Assembly: GCA_002269645.1 (NCBI GenBank)
Contig: NIVC01000845.1
Coordinates: 1-64,000 of the forward strand
Reading direction: 5' to 3'
Source of the DNA: Macrostomum lignano
Taxonomy: Eukaryota
Length of the DNA stretch: 64,000 nucleotides
The translations under genes were made by a program, and so were the position numbers. The notes beneath the pieces are model-generated. The model was given only the letters and a program-made list of their open reading frames with translations. It did no database searches and had not been told where the DNA came from. Shown in pieces: positions 1 through 10,100 of the stretch; position 1 is the stretch's first letter; each line of letters begins with the position of its first letter.

Positions 1-165
1 AGGGAAGATTACTCTTGAGTATAAGTGAGTAGGAGATTACTCTGAGTACGGATGAGTAGGGAAGATTACTCTTTGAGTACAGATGAGTAGGGAAGATTAC
101 TCTTGAGTACAGATGAGTAGGGAAGATTACTCTTGAGTACGGATGAGTAGGGAAGCTTATTATCA
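1..165. repeat. 31-bp tandem repeat (GAGTAGGGAAGATTACTCTTGAGTACAGAT-like)
   Basis: About 5 copies at the window start. Confidence 0.9.
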
Positions 166-449
166 AGTACAGGTGTATCCTTCTCACCTGTGACTAACTG
201 CCCTACCTGACCCCAAACGCGCATTGCCTTAGTTCCGGAGCCCCGAACGAAGCCGCGAGGCTGATAAGCCGGAGCCTCCGTAAGCCTCGATTGTTGGACT
301 TTGCAAAATTATAATCTGAAGTCTTACTCTTATATGAGCTGGCTTGACTTTTTGCTTTTCTTTTTCTACAATTCCGTTGTGTCTTTTATTGCAGCAAAAA
401 CTATATTTCTGTTGCTTGGTCTCTCGCACAGATAGCTCGTACTAAAATA

Positions 450-864
450 ACTAGATGGGCCACTCAGGCATGTATACTTAGTAAAACAGCTTTCTACTTT
501 CAGTTCAGTAGCAAATAAGAATACGTAAGCTATTTTATAAAAATAAAGGCAGCTGAAACGACTTTGATAAGTTTAGATAAGCTTGATAAGCTTGCAGCGT
601 AAACAACTTGTAAATTGGTTCAGCAAGAATGTACATTAGCCAGTCCGCTGAATGGCAGCTTTTGGAATTCCAATAAACCAAGGCAATTCCAAGGCAATAA
701 AAATTGGGTGGCGGGCGGGGGTAGTGTTTTATGCTGGGGGTAAGAGCCAATAAATTGAGCCTTGGCTTTAAAAATATCTTGACTCGTACAATAAAATGTT
801 TCTGTTTAACGTGCTACTGAACTGAAAGTAGCTTACAGACAAATGTGCTGAAAGCCCGTCGAGT
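450..864. mobile_element. MITE-like element, copy 1 (ACTAGAT-type termini, subterminal inverted CTACTTTCAGTTCAGTAG)
   Basis: Imperfect TIRs. A homologous copy lies in inverted orientation at 10535-11232. Confidence 0.65.
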
Positions 865-1134
865 TACTCTAGTACTGTATCTGTGGTCTCTCGTTTTTTT
901 TAATCGGATAGCTCGTACATAAGTATTTCTGTAACTTTTTTTTCAGCTGATAGACTTTTAGAATCTAAATTAAACTGTTGCCACATTTTTATTTGAAATT
1001 TTTTCTTTTTTACGCTTGTTTTTGTGTTTTCTTCGAATTTCCAACTTTATTGTCCATGTTTTTAAATTTGAGTTGATTTATAACAATCAATATTTTGTTT
1101 AAATACACTGCTTTTATTTAAAATACCGCCGCAG

Positions 1135-4100
1135 GATCGGCACCTACCGCTGGGTATCCGCCGAACGGGGTGGTCAGAATCCGCACCCGCTTCATGTCGG
1201 ACGAGCTGGGCCAGTTCGACCAGACGCTCAACTTCGAGATCCAGGGCTGGCGCACCGCTACCAGCTCTTCTGCCGCGGCCTGTGCGCCTTCCCCACCATC
1301 AGCCGGGAGCCCAGGATTCTGTTCCCGCAGCGCAGGAAGGCCAAAGCCAAGGACGAGGTGGTCAGCAAAAGTACATCCTGGCCACCGAGGTGTTCGAGTT
1401 CGGGCCGCTGCTGGTTGGCAAAACCAAAGACAAAATCAAGGACGGCGTCTATCCGGAGAACCGCGAGACCTTCACCATACACAACTCCAGCCCCATGGAG
1501 GCTGACATCAACTTCTGCCTGCTGAACGATGTCAAAGGCGAGACATTCTCGTTCGAGCCGGCGGCGATGACTCTGGCCCGGGCGAGTCGCAGCCGCTCAC
1601 CGTGTGGGCGCACCCGCTCAAAGAGCTCCGCTACGAGGACGCCATCGTGGCCTGCGTCCGCGAGAATCCGGAGCCAATCCTGCTCAGGCTGGCCTGCGAA
1701 TGCGTGCGGCCAAAACTGCTGCTGGACAAAACGGCGCTGCAGTTCGAGAAGGTGCTGCTCCAGCGCAAGGACGTCAAGCAGCTGTTCATGCGGAACGAGA
1801 CCGCTCTGCCCATCAACTGGCGAATCTCCGGTCTGGAGGTGCTCGGCGAGGACTTCTCGGTCAATCAGGACTCCGGCACGTTAGAGCCAAAGTCAGAAGG
1901 CTGCGTCAACTTCTTCTTCCGGGCGATGCGGCCCTACAAACTGAGCCAGAAGCGCTCCATTCGAATCGAGACATTCGACGTCGACAACATCCTTGGCGTG
2001 CTCGAGACCCTGACGGTCAACATCTCGGCCGAGGCTTACGACGTTGCCATCGACCTCAGCTTCCCCAAAGGCAACGACGGTTCGGTCGATTTCGGCGTTA
2101 AAAAAGTCGGCGAAGAGGAGAAAGTGCAGCTGAGCTTGAAGAACAAAGGCGGCTACGAGATCCGCTACCGCTTCGTGCTGAAGTGCCGCTGCCGCACTGA
2201 CGAGACCTCCGGCAACTGCCGGCGGTGCAAAGCGCCCATCAAGCTGGAGGAGCTGTTCGACATTCAGCCGGCGGCGGGCATCCTGCAGCCCAACGACCGC
2301 ACCGTGCCGATCGGCATCACCTTCCGGTCCAACCGTGAGGTGGCCGTCAAACTGCAGGAGCTGCTGTTCTGCGAGGTCATCGAGCCGTCTCTTGGCGATA
2401 ACGGCGAACTCATCGCCTCCATCCCGGTGAAGGTCAGTGCCCAGGCCGTCTACTCCAAGTTCGTCATCGCACCGTCGGCCGATCTCAACTTCGGCGCCGT
2501 GATGGTGCAGTCGAGGAAGACGCGCTCCTTCCAGATCGAGAACCGCGGCCAGCACGAGTTCCGGTTCGTCATCACCAGGAAGACGATTGAGGATCCCAAA
2601 GTGAAGGAGGCGATGGCCGCGGCGGCCACGGCTGGCAAAGGCGGCAAAGGGTGAGTCCGACTCATGCATCTACTTGAGCTATCGTCTTGAGAATTACCTG
2701 AAACACCTGTTGAACATATGCCTGTCAATTGAACTCCCTGCATCGCATATGGTTTGCATTTTTAGCGAAGCGGTCGTTCCGCCGGCTGGGTAGGAAAATA
2801 CGTCATGCTCGTACTTTAAAATGGCGACAATTTTTTCCTAGAAATCATTGCAAAATCACCGTTTACGGTGAATTGATCGGTCTTGACGTGCGAATTCAAT
2901 GATTAAAATTTTCGATTTCCCACACGCGCGCAGAGTGCTCAACTGGAGCTGGCTGAGTTCCAGATTTGATAAGTCAGTAGAGTAATTTGTGTGCTTTCGT
3001 GTATTTGCTTTCGCGTTTGCGTCCGCTTAGCCCCGTGTGGATAATGCTTTTTTGTGTGCTTATTTAATGGTTCCGGCTATCCTCCGTTGATAGTAAGTAT
3101 ATATAAAGCAAGCTCTGTTGGCGTGTTGCCCGTCAACCCTCTCCCTTTCTCTGTTCGCACCTGCGCCCCATTAAGCAAGATTATTTTTTATTATAAATTT
3201 GGCCTCCCCAGTCGACAATTCCTAGATGTTTTCAGATGATGGATTGCGAAAGATCCAATTTAGACTACTGAGAAAAGTAGACGAATAAAGATTTGAATCG
3301 TAAAATCTCTCACAGTATCCCAAAAAATTTCACCATAAAAGAAAGTCAGTCTGTGCGCAACTGACGAAGGCGAACAAGCCAGAAACCGGTCTCGAGGTTA
3401 GACCTCCCCCATTATTAGTGTGTTATATGTATGATACCAGTTGCTGTGCCCCAGCAGCAGTGGCCTGATGGCTGGATTATATTTTGAATCGCAATCTACC
3501 GCTATGTGTGTTGCATTCAGTTCAACCTTGTCACCCTTATTTCAATACTCGCCTGTTTGGTGCTGACAAAAAAGCCTGTCTGTGCTGCCCATTTGTTCAG
3601 TTGGCAGATTCTAATGTTGTCTTATAATATTTGTACTATTTTGTAAGATTGTATGTACTTTTAAGTTGTATAGTTGTATGCGCTTCAATGTTGTCTGTTG
3701 ATGAATTGTCTAAGCAAGTGCAAAAAATCAGAATATGTGACCAATAAAGGAAAGGAAATGTGAAATCAGTCCACTTAGCAGAGTCTATAAATAACTTGGG
3801 GGAAGTCCCAGATAAAAGTATTTACGAATAGGATCTACAGTGGTGTGTACGCACGGGGGAGGGAAATCCAAAAAAGAGCTATAAATAGATTTGGCGAGAT
3901 GCGTACACACAAGGGAATCCAGAAAAAAATCTATAAATAGATTCAATGCACGAAAATAGGATCCATTGAATTTGGGAAATAACAACTCAAAAAGCAAATA
4001 ACTCGGAACCGAAAATAAAAAATTGTTGGAAATTTTCGGGCACATTTCACAGTCAGCAGCAGCAGCAGCAGCCACAACAGCAGCAGACAGAGATTTCACC

Positions 4101-7100
4101 TAGTAACGGCCTTAAAGACAGCAGCAGCTCGCAGCAGCAGCTGATGGCATCCAGAGCCAACCTTGCCGCTGCCAGCAAGGCCCCCGGGCAGTTCGGCAGG
4201 GGCTCCAAAGGCCTCGGCAGAATGTAAACTGTTTATGAGAATGCATAGGCCTTTCTTCCTAACCCAGTTAAAATTTTTGTCAAAAAATCATCTACTCTGT
4301 GCGTAGCTTTTTTGCTCCGTTCACAAAATCACTTAACTTTCGTGTCACGCGTTCCATATGAATGTATTCACCGATGTTTTATAATTTAATTTCACAGCCT
4401 GCCTGCGCCTCTCAAGCGGTCAAAGTCACGCGACGGCTCGAGCTCGGGCCGGTCGGTAGTCAAACCGAAAAAAGTGGAAGCCATCAGGTCAGCTTCATTT
4501 CTCTCCCCGAAACAAATTTGTACTTTTAAACAGCTGAGAACAGATACTAAAACACTCGATGCGCCGCTCTCTTAGTTGATGACACTGCTTAGATTAAACC
4601 CGCGTTTTAATTGGCTCCGAGCTTTTGTCTATGGCCAAAAGGGACGAGATGCAAATGGAGAGTTAAACCCGCGTTTTAATTGGCTCCGAGCTTTTGTCTA
4701 TGGCCAAAAGGGACGAGATGCAAATGGAGAGTTAAACCCGCGTTTTAATTGGCTCGGAGCTTTTGTCTATGGCCAAAAGGAACGAGATGCAAATGGGGAG
4801 TTAAACCCGCGTTTTAATTGGCTCTGAGCTTTTGTCTATGGTCAAAAGGGACGAGATGCAAATGGAGAGTTAAACCCGCGTTTTAATTGGCTCTGAGCTT
4901 TTGTGTATGGCCAAAAGGAACGAGATGCAAATGGGGAGTTAAACCCGCGTTTTAATTGGCTCTGAGCTTTTGTCTATGGTCAAAAGGGACGAGATGCAAA
5001 AGGGGAGTTAAACCCGCGTTTTAATTGGCTCTGAGCTTTTGTGTATGGCCAAAAGGAACGAGATGCAAATGGGGAGTTAAACCCGCGTTTTAATTGGCTC
5101 TGAGCTTTTGTCTATGGCCAAAAGGGACGAGATGCAAAAGGGGAGTTAAACCCGCGTTTTAATTGGCTCTGAGCTTTTGTGTATGGCCAAAAGGGACGAC
5201 ATGCAAAAGGGGAGTTAAACCCGCGTTTTAATTGGCTCTGAGCTTTTGTGTATGGCCAAAAGGGACGACATGCAAAAGGGGAGTTAAACCCGCGTTTTTA
5301 TTGGCTCCGAGATTTTGTCTATGACCAAAAGGGACAAAATGCATTGATAGAAAGTGGCCTATCCAGTGTTTTAAAATCTGTAAATATTAAATTTGTTAAT
5401 AAAAATTTTACAACCCGTAGATTGCTAATTACATTCTTACTAACACGAACCTTTAACCTTGATCCGATGTACTGATACTGATTGGGCTTTCTTATTTGAT
5501 TTTTTTAACGTTTGCGCGAGCTCATAACAATGATAATTTAACCAATGTTTTCTTACTATTAGCAAATATATTTTAGCATGCTTAGTCTAGCCAAACCTTA
5601 TCAAGTAAATACAGTATATGCCATTCTTTATAGAAAGCAATAAGCAGGTGAGATAATAATTATTAACCCCACTCAGGTAGTAAAACATCTTTTTCCTTAT
5701 CAGTTAATTAACCTGCAATTATCTTAATTGTGTGTAAGGCAGTTTTCAATTGAGAATTTCTTAAAAATTATTCGCTCAATAAGTTGTAAAAAATTCTCGC
5801 ACCTGTCCATAGTCAAATGTCCCTTCCGTCCACAGTACCAGTAGGCAGATAAACCTTAAATATATACATCAATAATAACTAAAATGTGTTGCAGCGAACC
5901 AAACAGAGCGCTCGAACCGAATCGAGGCCTGTCTTCCCGCGTCAGCTGGAACCGAATCCGGTACCCCATCCGCTTAATTAGTCTGGCAGCTTTCTTAGAA
6001 AATCTGTTTGAATTTTTACTAGTCGTCTTCTTTGTTTTCTGGGGCTTTCTTGGAATGGTTTAAAAAATCTTTGATTCTGACTCTGAGCCTATCCTAAATA
6101 TTGATTTATTTGCTAAGATTCTGCGTAATTTTCTGCGGTTAATCTTTCATGAATATTGTTAGCCTTTTACTTTTTTAATTTTTTTGATTTCCACTTTCCT
6201 TTGATTGATGCCGCCTTAACCCAGTGCTTTCGCTATCGCTATTGGAAAGGGAAATTATAAATTTTTGATGGTTGATGCTATTTTTAGAAGCATCATATAG
6301 CGCCTTAGCAATATGGCCAGTTCGCATAAATATCACTGGGAAGCTCTCATTTCAGACCCAGACAGGGATTTTACATAGGTCGAAAGATTTTCCCCGGTTT
6401 TAGGGATTTCTCAGGAATATGGAGATTTCCCTTTGATACAGGTTAGGGGAATTTCCTACAGATACAGAGATTTCCCGTAGATTAGGGGACTTTTTACAGA
6501 GATCCAGGGGTTTCCCATAGATCTTGTGGATTCATTAAAGATACAGGGATTTCCCATAGATTCTGAGGATTCCCCAAAAACACAGGGATTTCCCATGGAT
6601 TCTGAGGATTCCCAAAAGATACAGGGATTTCCCATAGATTCTGAGGATTCCCAAAAGATACAGGGATTTCCCATAGATTCGAGGATTCCCAAAAGATACA
6701 CAGGTTTCCCATAGATTCTGAGGATTCCCAAAAGATACAGGGATTTCCCATAGACTCTGAGGATTCCCAAAAGATACAGGGATTTCCCATAGATTCGAGG
6801 ATTACCAAAAGATACACAGATTTCCCATAGATTCTGAGGATTCCCCAAAGATAAAGGGATTTCCCATAGATTCGAGGATTCCCAAAAGATACACAGATTT
6901 CCGATAGATTCTCAGGATTCCCAAAAGATACAGGGATTTCCCATAGATTCCGAGGATTTCCCAAAGTTTCAGCTCTAAGCTTTCACACAGAAATGGATTT
7001 ACCAGAATTGCCATAGACAGTCTGCTGAAGCAACGCTTCTTCTCAACTCTGTGCCGCAGAGCCGAGGCCGGCGGTCAGGGCAAGCTGCAGGCCGGCGCCT

Positions 7101-10100
7101 TCCAGATTCAGCCCGCAGCCGACGTTGTGCCGCCCGGCACCGCCAAAGTTGTGCAAGTCGACTTGATCGCCGAATCTGAAGGTCGCTGCGACGAAGAGCT
7201 GCTAATTGACATCGCTGATCGAGATCCGGCGATAGACAGGTGATCTGAGGGGAGAGATGGGTCTTTGAGATGAGGTGACTTTGAAATGGAGTGTATTTTG
7301 AGTACAGGTTATAAGTTACGTAAATCTACCAGCTACGGGAGTGTCCCAGCCTCACAAATATCTCATTCACCCTACCGCAGAGACAACATCGGCGGCATTC
7401 GCTACCGCCTGGTTGGTGAGGCCTTCGTCCCGGTGATCAACACCACCGATTGGGCCAGCATATTCGAGGAGCATCGCGTGTGCCGCAGTCTCAGCCTGTA
7501 CAATGCCTATTCGCCGGCTGGTCACGGCGGGGTCTACGGAGAGGCGGAGAACCGATTCGTGTTCAACAGCGTTCTGGTCGGCTGTCGGTCCTCGGCTCGA
7601 TTCCGCGTGTCCAACCCGACAAGAATCCACGTCGACGTCACATTCGGGCTTCGCCAAGTTTCTCAACGAGGCGCCGGCGGAGGCGGCGGAGGCGGCGGTG
7701 GCGGCAAGTCGTCGTCAGCCGCTGGCGGCGGCAGCGGCGGAGCCTCCGGGTCCGGCGTGGAGATGTTCGAGCTGGAGCCGACTAAGGCGCAGATCCCGGC
7801 CAGCGGGCACACCTTCGTCACCGTGCACTTCAGCCCGCCGTCGATGCACACCTTCGCGGCTGTGTTCGAAGCGGCAATCAGCGGGCCGGTGAGCCTGGCG
7901 AAGGGCCGCAGCCTGACGTTCGAGTTGAGCGGCGAGGGCAACTTACCGAGGGTGTCGGTGACTCGGCCGACGGCGAGGAACAAGCGCGGCCAGCCGCTCT
8001 GTCTGTTCCGCAAGCTGCTGGTCGGCCGCGAGCAGCGGCTCCGGGTGGCGCTGTGCAACGACGGCAGCCTGCCGGCCAGGGTGCACCTGGACCTGACCGA
8101 TCCGGATGGCTGCTTCCGGCTGGAGCCGGCCGCCGACGAGACTCGCGCGCTGATGACCTACGGAGCGACAGAAAGTGAGTCGGAAAAGGGTGTCTTGCTA
8201 CCCGGATGTGTTGCTAGCCGGATGTTTTGCTACCCGGACGTGTTGCTAGCAAGATATTGAGTTTCAATTTTAAACTATTCATAGCCACCCATCTCCTATC
8301 CGCCAAACACAGCTGATTGGCTGGCTTCTAGAATTTTTACCCCTCCTCAACTGCGTACAACAAGTTTGTCTCGCAGCCACCCCACTCTCCCCGTATTTCC
8401 TAACCCCGTACTTGTTTCCCATTGGCTGCAAGCATCTAATTTTTTCATGTCACCCCCAGCAGCCGGAGGCGGCTCGCGCCATCCGCACACGGCCGCGCTG
8501 ATGCTGGAGCCGGGCCAGGAGGCCGAGCTGGAGGCTGTCTATCGGCCGCGCCAGGTGCAACGGTCCACAGCTCAGGTCAAGGTGGCCGTTGTGGACAATC
8601 AGTACGAGGATACTCTGGTACACCTGGTAAGCTGAAAATGTCTCACATATTGCCTCGACTGAGTTCAATAGACAGACAAGTATCACACGGTTATAAAGAT
8701 TTTCCTAATTGTAAATTTCCATAACTCATCATCCATTTATGAATAGCAAAAACCGACATAGCTGACGCGTTATCTCAAAATCCGACAATAATTCACTCCC
8801 TCTACGCTGAAAGTAGACTAAAACAGACAAAATATTTGCATTTCATAGTTTCCGAGTGGTCTATGTAGGATTTATAGCCAGTGTCAATCTCAGATGTCAA
8901 TCTTACCTCTCCTGGTTTTGTCTCGCATAGAGACGCCTAACCGCAGTCACTTCTGTGAAACTTGTCTCTGCCTGGCTGAAAGCTTGTAATGAGTGAGTAG
9001 GCTGGGTTGGAGGGTAATAGTGGATCGGGAGGGGCTGTGGGTAGCTGTATAGGAAGGCAGGCCTATACCTGTACCAAGGTGCTCTGACGGTATCCCTCAG
9101 GCGCCCTCTGAGCGTACAGCCAGCGACCCTATTAAAGCTGGAGTGTGCCAGAACCAGGACTGAGTCTGAGCAGGACGGGACCGTTGGCATGGTCACAATA
9201 GAAATGGCGGGTTGGCGAAGCAAAGGGTGAAATAGTCCCGGCGATTAGCCCTCCTGCCGCTTCAAAGATAAGAGACTGTCTGTTGGCAAGAGTACCCGGG
9301 GTTTAGTTGGGGGGGGAGGCTCCTTCGGGTTGCCACGGCCGTGGGGGGCGGTCAATTGAACGGCTTGGCTTCTTCCCAGGTGTAGGCACGGGCTTCCCTG
9401 AATGGTTCACTCAACCCCCTCTGGCCCCGGGGAGGTTTTTGATATGTACCCGGGGGTGGTGGGCGGTCGGCCCCAGCATGGTTGCCACGGCTCTAGGCCT
9501 TCGGGCCATCCCTAATAGGCTGAGGGGCCTTCTAACCTGGTTTTTGGGCACGGGCTCCTGACTGGTTCGTCGAACCGCTGTCACTGTCCCCCGGGGAGGT
9601 TTGGATTTTATGATATTGCCCTGTACAGTCCTCTATAGTCTAATTGGCTTTTAGTATACATGAGTACACTCCCAATCTGGAATCTAAATTTTCTCTAGTG
9701 GCGTAAGAGCCTTTTTACTTAGGCTGAGGCGCCGGAAGCACTTATCATAGTCATAGTCATAGTCATAGATGTCAATCTTACCTCTCCCCTACCCCGGCAG
9801 GTCGGCGAAGGCTACGAAGACGAGGTGACATTTGAGAATCTGCCCACCGAATACATGGAGCAGGAGTTGGCGGAGGAGGTGGCCAACGCTGCGGCCCCGG
9901 CTGAGGAGACCGAGGAGACCCCGAACGGTGAGGATTTTGGATAAAATTGAAATTCTTCAGTTATTTTAATTCAAGCAACAATGGCTAGAAAACAAAACAA
10001 AAACTCCTACTTTCTAATTTTGACCAAAATAGTAGTAAAATGGGAAATCGGCGCCAAATTTATATTTTCTCGCGAAAAATCCTGCACGCAGTGTTCGCTT

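Noticed and set aside
1631-2743. Antisense and alternate-frame ORFs over HYDIN exons (also at 7367-8058, 12842-13775, 17115-18480) and over the QC CDS (24077-25040)
   Set aside because: Expected shadows of GC-rich coding sequence; no independent homology.
4594-5337. 69-bp array as a CRISPR array or coding repeat (ORF 4576-4827)
   Set aside because: No spacers; it lies in an intron; the frame is broken by TGA variants.
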